Origin: the human T2T-CHM13v2.0 reference genome, Homo sapiens | DNA: 64,000 bases | NCBI RefSeq assembly: GCF_009914755.1 | Contig: NC_060933.1 | Reading direction: 5' to 3' (one strand) | Shown here: in pieces, positions 41,972 to 56,058 of the stretch | How the letters are laid out: each line of letters opens with the position of its first letter | Position numbering within the stretch: the first letter of the stretch is position 1 | Made by a program: the position numbers and the translations under genes | Notes under the pieces: generated by a model | The model's database searches: none | Told to the model about the DNA's origin: nothing | The model's input: the letters and a program-made list of their open reading frames with translations, nothing else

Positions 41972-42982
41972 CTACAACATTTTTCAAAAACAAATTAAAT
42001 TTTCCCTTTGACAAAGTCAATGTATGTAAGTTGCTTCTCTTCCATAAGTGATGCATTTTTTCACTCAACCATAGCTTTTTCCATTATAAAAGGGCTAATT
42101 TCAAACATGGAGTACATAAGTTAGTTGTTTCAGAAATCTCCAAGTCTTCAAAAAGTAAAACATTTATGCAACATCAGCACAGACTGAGTTATCATCTACT
42201 TCCTAGCACACGTTTATCTTAGGGCTGTGTTTAAACATTGCACTCCGTCATCTGTATTAGGAATTTAAAAAATCCTTAAATCGGCATTATTATGCAAAAT
42301 ATACAAAGAAATAATAGCCTGCGTTTGTGTAGCCATTTATAAGTTTCAAGCATTTTCATGTACATTCCTGCATTTCAACACCACCATGACTATGAGTGGG
42401 CTACGCTGCTACTGGTAGCCCCATTTTACAGATAAGCCAATTAGAGGTGACTTGCCTTAGGTCACACAGCTGGTGACAAAACCAGAATTAGAGTAATGAG
42501 ATCTTTGATTCTGCTATACCACATTTCAAAATCATTTTTAAACTAGAAAATATCTCATGCTTTTAATGTAAAGTATATTAAGTTAGTATACTAGTAAATC
42601 ACACAATGAACATATTCAAATACGGCTTTATGCATCAACATCTAGAGTCAATTTGCTTGTGTGGATAAAATTAGTCCATTTCTTCTCACAGAGACGGCAA
42701 CAGGAGAAGATCAGATTGTGCTGCTAAGATCCCAAGATCTTCATGTCAATTTCACCATCATCCCTCAGTAAATATTCGCCAGCCCTATCTAGGCACTGAG
42801 CACTTTCTTGCTCTCTGCAACTCAAGTCCTTCTCACTAGCCTGCTAGATCTCCTCCTCTACCTGAGATCATCCTGAGCTCTACCCTCCCTGCTCTTTAGT
42901 GCTTTCTTTCTTCATCTGCAGCGTGTGTTCAAAGAATCCCTAACGGGGGTGTGCCCCTGAGTACACCTGTCCACATGTCTAG

Positions 42983-43001
42983 GTACCAGCGGATGGCGCT
43001 A
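42983..43001 (+). promoter_or_regulatory. Candidate CTCF site
   Basis: gtaCCAGCGGATGGCGCTA, one mismatch to the CCASYAGRKGGCRS core; motif match only. Confidence 0.45.
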
Positions 43002-44567
43002 TGACAATCTGCACATCAGGGGAGAACAATGTCCTCCTGCTGCCTTGGGATGCTTGTTCACCTCCCCTCCCCCTCTTCTAAAACTTTTCATCTCTGCGCT
43101 GCAGGCATAGCCTCTTTTTCTTTCTGGCTGTCCCCTATCGTGTGCTTACTACTATCATAGAATGTCGAACCCTCTGGGCTGTCTGCACACTTGGCTGTGG
43201 GCTCCTTGAGGGGAGAGTCCAAATTTGATCTGGACTGGATTCCCAGGGCTTAGCCCAGCACCTTGCCACAGTCTGAGCTCAGGATACGTTCACCGAAAGC
43301 AGGAGTTAATGAGAGAATGAATGACAACACCTATTCATGCCTTGTGTGGACTCATTCCTGGGGACTTGGATGAGGCAGGTATTTGTCTGCAAGTGGCCCT
43401 GAGGCTCCCACAGGTACTTCTGAACGCAGAGGATGCAGCTCATGGGAGGGAAGAACTTTGAGAATCGGGCTCCCTGTGGGGGCAGCAGTGAGACGGGAGC
43501 GAAGGCCACTGTGTCTACTTCTTCCTGCCTGGGTGCTGAGGCAGGTGTGCGTGTGTGTGTTGGGGGGCATCCTGTGTATGCGCACCTGCGTGCGCAAATC
43601 CACTTGCCCTTCTCCACTCCGCCATGCACTGGCCACTTTTTGTGTGTGTTGGGCACCTTGGGGATGCAGAGAGAAATATAACAAGGGTCCTAACCTCAAG
43701 GAACTTGCAGTTCTGAGAGGGAACTAAAGGCAACTAACACAGATGAGGACAAGAGCATTCAGAACCCCAACACGGGTGATGGTAAATCTAAGAGAATGTC
43801 GAGGGAGCCACCCACAGTTTCTAGGAGAGGAAATGAGATCTGAGCAGCCTTGAAAAAAGGCAGGATTTCGACAGAGGGAAGTGGGAGGGAAAAGCATTCC
43901 CAGCAGATGGAACAGACTGAGGGGAGGCACTGGGAGGCCCTGCAGATCAGCCAGGTTTGTCTGGGGCATGAGTGGCATAAAGGGGAACAATGCTGGCAAT
44001 GTTGGAACATCAGGCCGAGAGCAGATCAGGGCAGAGGGTGGACTATGGTGTGGCCTGACTGGCCACCGAACTGGGAGTTAGCTGCAGCACTGGGATTCAC
44101 TCCTGAGAGATAAGCGGTAGTTTGGAAGACTTAATCTTTTATATTGGTGACATTACCTACTTATGGTTCGGTTTTCCGTGAACGCGACTATGCTGTTGGA
44201 AAGTATGAGGTGTTTGTGTTTGTCTATCTCCGTCTCTCTTGTCCACCCTGGCTCTCACATCGGGCTAAGTAAGGCCATCCTCCTTCCTTTTCCTTCCTTG
44301 TATACAGAAATGTGGGTTCCCTCGCTCTGAGCTGCCTACTCTCACCCTTCCCCTTCTTTCCCACAGCTGGGGCGGATCCTAGAGGGCTGATCTGGAAGCA
44401 TCTCTGCTGACTCAGAAGTCAGACAGGGAGAAGTCGGCTCACTCATGACTCCTGGACACCCGGAACTACAGGTACCAGATGTCACAGGCACTGACGATTG
44501 GAGGGGAGAAACAGGCTGTGATACACTAACACCTAATGTTCGACTGAAATGAAAAGATCACACCAAC

Positions 44568-44610
44568 CTTTTAACTGCTTCCTGATGGCTTTGCTTGCTT
44601 CCAGCCATCT
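44568..44610 (-). CDS. PTPN3: PTPN3 exon 4, aa 83-97
   Basis: [14 protein letters not shown]+G; ccaacag|AGA and AAG|gttggt; 43 nt, phase 0-1. Confidence 0.96.
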
Positions 44611-44686
44611 CTGTTGGACAAGAAAACATAAAATATAAAAGCAAACCGTGAAGGAGTTCAGCACATTTTTTAAAAATGGCACTTAC

Positions 44687-44794
44687 AGGAGAGTCCACGG
44701 AGTCGTCATCATGCTGTAAACCAAAATATTCCTTTTCAGTCACACCCAGGTGGTTGTGCACCATATCCAGAAGAACCTGGCCAGTGTCTTGTTT
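44687..44794 (-). CDS. PTPN3: PTPN3 exon 3, aa 47-82 (FERM F1 lobe)
   Basis: [36 protein letters not shown], containing the FERM YFGL motif; ttctag|AAA and CCT|gtaagt; 108 nt, phase 0-0. Confidence 0.97.
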
Positions 44795-47149
44795 CTAGAA
44801 CAAAGGAAATTATCAAGTGGGAAAAGTCTTAAATTAATTGGTGGTAAAAACATCTTTACTGTAGGCAAAAAAGAGTTAAAATATTCAGAAATGCTATGCA
44901 CACACACTTCCCACCACAAGAAAAGCTTTAATAAATTTTAAGAAGCCACACAGCACATATGGGAAGTAGGGCTAAGAAAAATGACATCAACACAAGACAA
45001 TACGAGTTTAATTTAATTGTCTAAGATTTCTTCCTTCCCCCTTAGCTGCAATTCCCAAGTGATAATGTCTAAATCGGAAAACTCAGCTCTCATAATCACA
45101 GTGAACTCCCTGTGGCCTCCAGTGGATTATCCACAATGAAATGCTAACCCCAGGGTGGTTTCTGTTGGCTCCTCAGGACACACCTGTGGCTCCTACTCCT
45201 GGAGAAGCCACCGAAGTGCATGTCCAGGAAAGGAAAGCTCTCACCTAACAGCCTAAAGGAAGACAGCTAAAAATACTCAACTGCCATTCAAAATACCCTC
45301 AGAGTGATGTGGCCTGTGCCACCCTGTGGGATTATCTGCCTCCCTGCTTCCCCTTCCCATCATCTGAAGTGAGAAGCTGAGGGGCACGTTCAACCACACG
45401 CCTCTTCAGATCAGGACTCCATTGCCTTCCCCGCTCCATGTTTATGGGGCAGGCACGGTGTGGGAATGGGGACACGGCCATAAGAAGCTCCCTTTTCCTG
45501 CCCCAGCCATGGAGGCAGTGGCTGTAACAGAGTGTCAAAGGCCGTCGAGGGCTGTGAAACAGTCGAGGCACAGTGGACACCCAACGGGACCACACAAATG
45601 GTCATCTCGACTGGGGCCGTAGAGGAAGCAACCCCCTGATCTGGGTTTGGGAGGAGGACAGGGCCAAGCATCACCCCTCCCCTCCAGGCACACGAGCTAA
45701 AAACAGGCCTTTGGATCAGATGGCCCGGCACAAAGGCCCAGGGATGGCAAACAGCATGGAGTGTTTGGAAAACTGCAAATTCTACTTTAACAGGCAGACT
45801 TTGCAGGAATCCTTTGAACCAAACCATTTAACTAAAGGACAATATGAGTCAGAAATAGACCGTGTATAGAACAGGCAAAGGTAGCTCCTTTTTTTGAGTG
45901 CCTGAGAGCAAATAATGTACTTGAAAATAGGTCACAGTGACCAGCATTGGGAGAATTAGATAACTGTCAGGCCCCACCTGCAGAGACTTCTTTGGGGCAG
46001 CCTCAGATTATTCGGTCTGAAGTGTGGGAACATGAAACACGCCCATTTCCTGAACATGCCCCCTTTCCTGCCCAACAGCGCTTGTACCTCCTGCTCCTTC
46101 TACCCAGGGCACCATCCATCAGAAAAGAATCACAATAGGTGGGGAAAGAATGACCCAGACCACACACTGCACATTACCAGATGTCAAAAAGCTAGCTGCT
46201 CCCCTTGTCGGAATTATTTATGTATGATTTTATATTACATTTAATATATATTATTAACTACAATTTACTGAACATCTACAAGGAGCCAGACATTATGCCA
46301 ATGTGCTTTTTATATATGATCTCTAATCTTTGCAGCAACTTTGCAAAGTGTAGTAGTCATCACCATCTCCCTTGCCAACGAGCAGAGGCACCGAGAGGCT
46401 CCGTGCCTTGCACCATCAGCTGAAGGACAGTCTGACTGCCTGACTCAGGTCTGTTTGTTCCTACTACATCTCCTCCTCTGAAGTGCATAATTCACATATA
46501 CAGGTATCTATTCTGCATAATTCACCCAGTTCTCAAGAGAAATTAAAATGTAATAACAAAAAACACATTTATAATAAGAAAAGGCCTCCTGGCCTGGCCC
46601 CTGCCCTCAAGAGGTCATCTTCACGGCACCAGGTCACCACCAGGGCTCGCTCCCTGGGCTGAGAGAAGAACGACTGATATCCAAGTCAGCTTCCCTGACA
46701 TCTGCTCCTGGTCACAAGGTGGGCTGGGCTAAAGAGTCTGAATGAGACTGTGCAAACAATTCCTACACATAGAAAGACACAAAGTGAGGGATACTCCAAG
46801 TTGCAACCAGGCCCTCCAACTTCTCAAGTTCCATGGGACTCAGCTTTGAACCAGGCTGCTGGAAGCTTGGGGTGGCAGCCACGTGATAAGAACAATGACG
46901 TTCATAACTAAGAATTTCTGGGTGCTCACTGTTTGCCAGGCTCTAAGACTTTTTTATTTTTTTAGAGACAGGGTCTTGCTCCACTGCCCCTGCTGGAGTG
47001 CAGTGGTACAATTAGCTCACTGTAACCTCAAACTCCTGGGCTCAAGGGATCCTCCTGCTTTGGCCTCTCAAAGTGCTGAGAATACAGGCATTAACCACTG
47101 CACCCAGCCTGTTGTAAGGCTTGATATGATGCTCACTCGGGGTAGGTGC

Positions 47150-48325
47150 TTGCTTTCTCCCCTTTTCACAGAGCTGATCACTCTTCCTCCTGCTGGGATT
47201 CTCAGACATTCGCTCTTGGCCTCCTCCCGCCTCCCTGGCTGGTCCTTCTCAGACTCCTTTAGTGCCTGCTCCTCACCTCTCCTACCCTTAAGCACCGTTC
47301 GCAGCTTCCATCCACTTGCTTCTCAGGGGATCTCCTCCAGTTTCAAGCTTGAAATCCCATCTCTATCCTGGTGACATCCACATCTGTATCCCCAGCCTGG
47401 ACCCATCCCCTTACCTCCTGACTCTTCTATCTCGTACCATTCCTATACTGCTACACAGATGAATAACAGGCCTCTCCCCCACAATATGCCCACAGCAGAA
47501 CTGATTACTTCTACCCTGAGACCTGTTCTTCCCACAGTCTTCCCCATCTCAATAAACTGCAACTCTATTTTGCTGCATTGCTCAGGCCAAAAATCTGGGA
47601 TTCACCTTGAGGCCTCCTGTTCTTTCGCATTCCAAATCCCATCTATCAGCAAACCCTATTGACTCCACCTTCAAAGTACTTCTGGGCTCAGTTTCCTCTT
47701 AGCCAGCCCCACACAGCCACCATGTCCAATGGTCATCATCTCCGCCCTGGACTGCCACACCAGTCTTTCAGCCCCTTCCCTCCTATTGTCAACTGTGGAC
47801 AGAGCCCCAGTGCTTTCCACCTCATGTAGGAAAAAAAGCCAGTGCCCTCAGAATGATCTACAAGGCTCCATGCGATCCCCCACCCCTTACCCCTGTTATC
47901 TCTCTGAGCTTATCTTCTGCTACCCTCCCCCCTTGCTCATTCCACTCCAGACTCCACTGTGTTCTGCAACCAAAGGAAGTGGGCTCCAGCCTCAGGGCCT
48001 TTGCACCGCTGTTCCTTCTCCCTGGGATGTGCTCCCTCCAGATGAACGCCTGGTTCTTTCATCTCATCAGTGGGGACGTCTCTGGTTACGTCTATACAAT
48101 GGTAACCTCACCTTGCCCTGGCACTCTCTCCCTCTTGCTCTACTTTATTTTTCTGCAAAGCCCGACTCAGCACATATTTTTTTATGGCCCATCTCCCCTG
48201 CTGGGATGTTAGCTTCAAAAACGCAGGGATTTTGTTCTGTTTTGTGCACTGTTGCCATTTTTTGTACCCAGAACAAAGCTTAGCCCATAGTAAGTGCTCA
48301 GTAAACATATGCTGAATGAATACAT
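47150..48325 (+). mobile_element. LINE-2 3' portion
   Basis: Pyrimidine-rich L2 phrases (ttccccatctcaataaactgc, ctcaggccaaaaatctgg, ctcagggcctttgcac) ending in gtgctcagtaaacatatgctgaatgaat. Confidence 0.8.
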
Positions 48326-48867
48326 GAGTTATATACTAACAAACATTCATGTTTTCGTCAGGAAGAGGATAAACGGTTAAAGAACAGCTCCAAGACAGAC
48401 AAACACACATTTTAACAAAGAAGCCAGACACATACTAAACTATTAGTGTACAGCATCTGGAAGAGACATCTGTGACCTTCATGGAGCTTGTGTAATCACA
48501 AAATTCTATGAAAGATTATGTTAAAAGGAAATCAGATACAAGACAAGGTTCTGTAGAACCAAACTAGTTGCCTTTTAAGGGAAATATTTACAACCTTGCC
48601 AACAGACCCCTAAATCAGTGGTTCTCTAACTGCACGGCACATTGAGACAACTCGGGGAGCCATTACAATACAGATTCTCAGGCCCCACCCCACAGAGAGC
48701 AAGTTTCAAAACACCCAGGCAGGACAAGGGATTGACATCTTTAACACACATCGTAGGAGCTTCTGACACACTTTAAGAAATGTTTACCAAAGCTGAGCAA
48801 TCTAAAGTGGGGACTATGAACTACTAAAGACTGCTTCCATTTTAATTAAGATAAAATACAAAATTTA

Positions 48868-49172
<305 letters not shown>

Positions 49173-50690
49173 TTATTCAGGTATATTTCAAATGTCCAAT
49201 TGCCACATGCGGCTGGGGGGCTCCCCTATGGGTTAGTGCAGACACAGAATATTTCCAGAATTGCAGAATATTCTTTTGGACAGTCCTCCTGAGAGGATGT
49301 TTTCCTCCAAAGTGGCTTCTGAAGAAACAGGTCACAGGTATACGTTGTAGCCCCTCTAATTAGACTTTGGAGACACCTAACTAGACAACTGAATTTCCTT
49401 GCTGGAGTTTTCACTTGTTACAACAATGTTTCCCACCTACAAAAAAATGATGCCCTGACACTGGGGAATAGCTGGAGGCCTGGGTGCTCGTGGAAGAGTG
49501 GGGCAGAAGGCTGGGAAACATCCATCTCTACTGCCCATTCCCACTCTCTGCCAGGCGAAGGGCCCAAACTTCCATGACTTTGGTTGTCCACCTGAGTCTT
49601 CTGCACTGACAGGGAGACGTCTGCAGCCAAGGCACTGGGCCACCGCCCCATGCCTGCTGAAAAGGAGATACAGCACCCACCGTGCTAAAACTCCACGCAA
49701 ACTGCCTTCTCCTCCTGCCTACATCAAGGTCCATGATCACCTGGGATTGGCAGTGGGCAAACTTGTATGGGGTGTGCGGAAGACCCAGGGATCAGTTTTT
49801 GTCACCCTTTGCATTCTTGTGGCCTTTTATTGTTCCCTCAATTGTTCTCTCATCCCGTCTTCTCTTCTGATGTCTTTCCTTGCACACTGAACTTTACAGG
49901 TTGGGGCAGATCCTAGCAGCCAGTTCAGGGTTGGGACTGATCCTGTTAGGACTGGCCAGAGGATGGAAGAGGTCATGGGCAAAGGTCACGGGCTCGGTGG
50001 TGACTGGGGTGGGTGGGCACCATAGGCAGCCATGGTCCCAGTATCTTCCTGCAGCTGGCCTGGGAGACTGGAGACCTCGTTTCTAGTGCTGGCTCTGCCA
50101 CGGGCTTTAAGTGGGATGAGCCAGAACCTCCCCAAGCCCTGCCATCTGTGAGGCTGATTGTTTCACAACCCACTCACTCACACATTTAACGAGCACATGC
50201 TGTGTGCCCAGCCTTGTGCCAGGCACGGGGGAAACAACACCCTTTCTATTCTTTCCTGTTTTCAAGGAGCTCAGTTTCATGGGCAACATATACCCTAATC
50301 ACTACTTGAAAAAATGCAACCTGACGTGGGCTCTAATGAAGCATATATAGGGTGCCATGATGCCTCCAGATGTTGGTGCTTCCGTGGAGTCCTCATCCAC
50401 TTCCCAAACCAGTCTCCTTCAGAAAGTGGATGAGGACTTCCCAGAAGCACCAACATCTGAGCGTCAAACAGTTCACACCACACAGAAGGGCGGGGGGAAG
50501 ACCCTCAGGGCAGAGGTGAAATTGGGGCAACATTTTTAAGTATTTCCAGTGCAATCTCAACATACAAGATCTGAGATCTCAAGCTTTCATTTTAAAATAT
50601 TTTTTTCTTCATTTTGTGAGCCAAGAGATGAAAACTATTTGTTAGGAGCATTAATTCAGGAAAAGTAAAAAAAAAAAGTAGAGAACTTAC

Positions 50691-50828
50691 AGTAACTTTA
50701 AAGGTCTGTACCACGCCATCTAAAAAGTGGATGCTGCAAATGACTTCTGATCGAGTTTTCTCTTTGGGTAACTCCGAGGTGCGTATATTATTAATTCTTC
50801 CACCCAACGCACGTAACCGGGAGGTCAT
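50691..50828 (-). CDS. PTPN3: PTPN3 first coding exon (exon 2), aa 1-46; whole exon is 50691-50845 including 17 nt of 5'UTR
   Basis: Translates [46 protein letters not shown], which I recognise as the PTPN3 N-terminus. ATG at 50828-50826, acceptor ttacag|G at 50845, branch point CACTAAC at 50872-50866, donor ACT|gtaagt. 138 nt, phase 0. Confidence 0.97.
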
Positions 50829-51229
50829 AACTATCGCTGAATAACCTGTAACATAAAATATACCTGTTAGTGCTTTAATATGCGAATTGTCAGTTACTTG
50901 TGAGTGCAGATACCTGTCAGATCCCATCCTCTCGATACTGTCTGACGGACTCACAGATAATGAGAACTACATAGCAGATCATGTTTCCAATTGAGTTTTG
51001 ACTTCTAAGATGCTCTAAGCAATATGTATTGCTAAATTGTACGTTCACAGAATTACGTGGCTTATTTGCATGTCTTATTAACTCCCTGGTCTGAGTCTTC
51101 TAATTTATATTTCCCAGGCTTTTAAATTTTTATTTATGTTTCACAATTTTATGTATTTGTGTTCTACCTCTAAGGTTTTACAGAACTAAACATGGTATAA
51201 ATATGATTTCAAATGTGAAAAGACTCATT

Positions 51230-52480
51230 GATAAACTGATATTAAAATTAAGGACCTCTATTCATTGAGAGACACCATTTAGGGCAGCAAAAAGGCAACC
51301 GATAGAGTGGGAGGAGATAGTCGCAATATATACATCTGCCAAGAATATATGGAGTGCTCCTGCTAACCTAGTGAGAGGAAGTAACAGAAAACTCCTTAGA
51401 AAACAGGAAGAAAACAAAAACAGGTACTCAACCATATTAGCTGTCAAAGAAATGCAAATTAAACCCACAAAGCAATAGTACCACACACCCACCAGAGAAC
51501 CCCTATGATTCAAGACTGGCAAAACCACGGAGGGTGTGGAGCAACCAGAACTCTCACATGCTGCTGGTGAAAGCATAACTCAGTGCAACCACTGTACGAT
51601 GGAAAACTGCTGAATAGTATCTACTAAAGCTCAACATATGCATTTATTGTGATAGAACAATTTCAGTCATGGGCACATTCCCAGCAGAAAAATGTATATT
51701 CACTCACTAAAAGACATGTACCAGCATCTTGTGGGAGCTAAACTTTGAGAACATATGGACACAAAGAAGGGAGCAATAGCTACCAGGGCCTACGTGAGGG
51801 TGAAGTGTGGGAGGAGGGTGAGGATTGCAAAACTACCTTTCGGGTACTATGCTTATGACGCATTTGACAAAATAATCTGTACACCAAATCTCCAAGACAC
51901 TCAATTTACCTATATAACAAACCTGCACATGTACTCAGAACTTGTAAGCTAAAAAAAATTTTTTTTAAAGTCACGACAATTCAAAGATTTGGACCAAAAT
52001 ATGTATCTAATAAAATCATAATTTATAACAACAACAAAAAAGAATATTCATAATAATCCTAAGCTGGAAAAGACCCCATTTATCAAATGTGGAACGGATA
52101 AACTGTGGTACAGTCATACCATATACTACTATACAGCAAAAGAAAGAAATGAACTACCATTACATGCAAAACGTGAATCAATTGCTTTAACATTGAGCAA
52201 AAGATATGAGACACAACAGATTATCTGCTGCATGATTCCATTTATGTAAAGTTTACAAACAGGCAAAACTAATCAATGCTGATAGAAGAAAGGATAATGG
52301 TTACCTTTGTGTGTAGTGAGGGGAAGGGGGAGATGCATTTTCTGAGATGCTTTTAACATTCTATTTCGTGATGTGGGTGCTAATGACACTGGTGTACTCA
52401 CTTTGTGACAATTTACCAAGCTCTACATTTATGATTTGTGTACTTTTCCATATGTATGTTTTAATAACAAGTTTACTTTT
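51230..52480 (+). mobile_element. Old L1 (L1M) 3' region interrupted by a younger L1 3'-UTR fragment at about 51730-51960
   Basis: aaatgcaaattaaaccc, ataaactgtggta, tgattccatttatg; the insert has gtgggagctaaac...tttacctatataacaaacctgcacatgtac. Confidence 0.75.
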
Positions 52481-52688
52481 TTGAAAAAGAGAGTATAATA
52501 TTTATGAAGAGAGAATTAGAGGGCATTCAAAATCTGACCATGATATTAGGGAACAGTAAGGAAACTGGTTTAACCGGTGATTTCAATGGTGGAGAGGTAG
52601 GCAAAAAGACTGGAAAGGTGTGCAACTGAGGACATGACTATATCACGTAGGTGGGAGGATCTAGGCTTCTACAAAGAATACATGAAGC

Positions 52689-53124
<436 letters not shown>

Positions 53125-53934
53125 GAATATGTGAAGTAATTCTACAAATCAAATTGGCTCAGGGAACGGTGAAGATATAACTCTGACAGTGTTGGGTGGA
53201 AGAGCAAATAAAGATGAAGGGCCTGAGAGTAAGTTAACTTTTTTTTATTAATTCTCCACAAACTTTCTCTGATGAGCTGGGCCTCTGCATAGGCTATTCC
53301 TTCTGCTTGCAAAGCTCTTTCTGCTCCTCTTCATCTGATTAACTCCAGTTCATCGTCAGTGCTCAGCACAAGCATCACTTCCTCTGGGAAGCCTTCCCTG
53401 GTCTCCCTAACCAGTCACAGATTTGTGTGACAGAGTTCACTCACTAGTGCTTACCCTCATTTCACACTTAGAACTCATGATGTGTATTTAATATCTGCTT
53501 CTCCCACTAGATGCGAAGCCCCACAAGGCTAGGTCTGCTTTTGCTCATTGTACCTCCAAACCTAGGTCTGGTAGAGTTAGTAAATGTCCGAATGAATGGA
53601 AGGAAGAATGAAATAGAAAATGAAGCTAAATTTTATAGTCTATATAACATAGACTATATAGCAGTACTGCAGTACAACAATACCGTATAGCAATACAACA
53701 GGATAGACAAATTTGACAGAGAAAAATGGGGGAGGGTCTAAGTAGAATGTAGCTAGCTACGGTAGTGTGCACCTGTAGTCCCAGCTACTCTGGAGGCCAA
53801 GGTGGGAGGACTGTTTGAGCCCAGGCATTAGAGCCCAGCCTGGGCAACACAGCAAGACTCTATCTCTTAAAAAATGAAAGCAAGCAAGAAAAGAAAGAAG
53901 GAATGCAGAGGGGAGGGGAGACAGATGTCCCATA

Positions 53935-54090
53935 GACCAGTGCTTCTCACACTGCAGTGTGCATACAGAGTGCTTGGGGATCTTGTTAAAATGCAGACTC
54001 TGATTCAAGTAGGTCTTGATAGGACCCAAGAGTCTGCATCTTGTCTCCCAGGTGATGACCAAGCTGCTGCTGCCAGGGTCCATTCTGGCA
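53935..54090. mobile_element. MER5A-like element
   Basis: ccagtgcttctcacact...ggggatcttgttaaaatgcagactctgattcaagtagg...ctcccaggtgatg. Confidence 0.75.
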
Positions 54091-55747
54091 GACGCAAGTC
54101 ACGGGTAATTGGAAAAGTAGCGCCTAATGTCAGGGCATGGCTAGAGAAAAGATTTGGGAGTCAGTACCAAGGAGTAGTAGGTGACTCAGCTCTTAGACGG
54201 ATGTGGCCAAAGCAGATTGGAGGACTAAGAAACAAGCTTCAGGGAATGACAGGGGGCACCGGTTAGGTGTAGAAAGAGAAACCGCAATGATGAAAGCTGT
54301 GCAGAAAGTACATCCAGGAAGAGAAGCACTTGGTCTCATATCATTATATTTAAGGAGCTCCAAGCAAACCTCCCTTCTTCCTTAGATAAGGATAGAGAGT
54401 CTGAAATACTAATAAAAAAAAAACTTCCTGGGACCAGCAGTGCAAAGGAACTTATTCAGTCGCTTATAAAATTCCACCCACCCCACCACCTCCGCCTTGC
54501 CCTTTCCAATGAAAATGTCATCAGAAGCAGGGATGCATTTTCTGAGTAATACAAAAAGTTATCAAAAGACAACAAATGTGTTCCATAATGCTTTAACCAC
54601 ATTGACTTTAAAATGTCAATTTTATTTTTTAGTTCTTGTCTAAGAATCTCAGGTGGGTTACATTTTTTTTTTCAAAAGACACAATAGAACCATTTCAAGT
54701 TGGTTTTAGTGGGAGGTGCACATCAGAATCACCTGAGGAGCTTTTAAAACCTGCCTGTCCCCGCACCCCCAGTGGTGATTCAGCATCCTCAGGTGTGGCG
54801 CAGGATCACATTCCCTTTGGGAGCCCTCAAAGTAACAGCCAGGAAGACGAGGACTAAAGGAGTGGGTTTCCAGGGAACCTCAGGGTGTGTTTTGGATGGA
54901 TGGCCTTAGAATACAGGCTCTGCGGAATCTAAGCCATGCACTATGTGGATGAATTCACTGTGTGTGATAAGAGGTGGGCAGTTGTTCTGTGGAACAGCTA
55001 AAGCAGAGATAGTCACACAATGACCCCAGGCAGAAAAAAACTAAGATTTGAAACAGGTGCCTCCAAATGAAAGTCACATGGGCTGATGCTCCAATGGTGG
55101 ACACTGATTTCCAGACTTCACCTGAGCAGCTCCTGCTCGTGCTGGCGTGGGTGCCGCTGGGACTTATTCATTTCACCGTGGTTAGCAATGATGCTGTCCA
55201 GCACAGTCACACAGCTAGCTGACAAAATAAAGCCCACCAGCAACCCAGGAGAGACAGACTTCCCTTTCTCACACCCATCTCTGATTGTTACATAAAGGGC
55301 TTGAAACCTAATGACAATGTCATAAATAGGTATTTTATGAAAGCTGCAGAAATCTTCCTACAATGGTTCCTAAAGCAAACCTTGGTAAGAATGAGCCTGA
55401 TGTTGAATAACCCAATAATTGAGCCATGTGGTATTTTCAGATTGTCTTGAAATTACATCTTAAACAATCTGGTCGGGACAATGGATGCTGACTAACTGCC
55501 CTGTTTCCTGTACTACAGCAATTGGGGAACTCAGGGTTTCTATGGCTTCCTTTATAAGCCTCTTAATTCTAAACAAAGCCACAACCCAACCAGGAACATG
55601 CTGGCCTCTCTGACACAAATGATTACAGCTGCTGCTGATGCATTTTATAATATGGAAGCCAAGCTTGTTCTTTGCATGAGTTTAAAAATCCATTATAGCT
55701 TTAGAATGTTTTAAACAATAGCAAACGAAGCTCTATTGTGGATACAG

Positions 55748-56058
55748 TTTTTTTTTTTGTTTGTTTGTTTGTTTTTTTGAGACAGAGTCTTGCTCTGTCC
55801 CCCAGGCTGGAGTACAGTGGCGTGATCTCGGCTCACTGCAAGCTCCTCCTCCCGGGTTCACGCCATTCTCCTGCCTCAGCCTCCTGAGCAGGTGGGACTA
55901 CAGGCGCCCGCCACCACGCCCGGCTAATTTTTTGTATTTTTAGTAGAGACAGGGTTTCACCATGTTAGCCAGGATGGTCTCGATCTCCTGACCTCGTGAT
56001 CCGCCCACCTCGGCCTCCCAAAGTGCTGGGATTACAGGCGTGAGCCACCGCGCCCGGC
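55748..56058 (-). mobile_element. AluY-like element (young, CpG-rich)
   Basis: AluY-type gcaagctcc, ggttcacgccattctc and gttagccaggatggtctcgatc; TSD tgtg(g/a)atacagttttt. Confidence 0.93.

Noticed and set aside
47729-48283. 184-aa ORF, the longest in the track
   Set aside because: Lies inside a decayed L2; no reverse-transcriptase motifs visible
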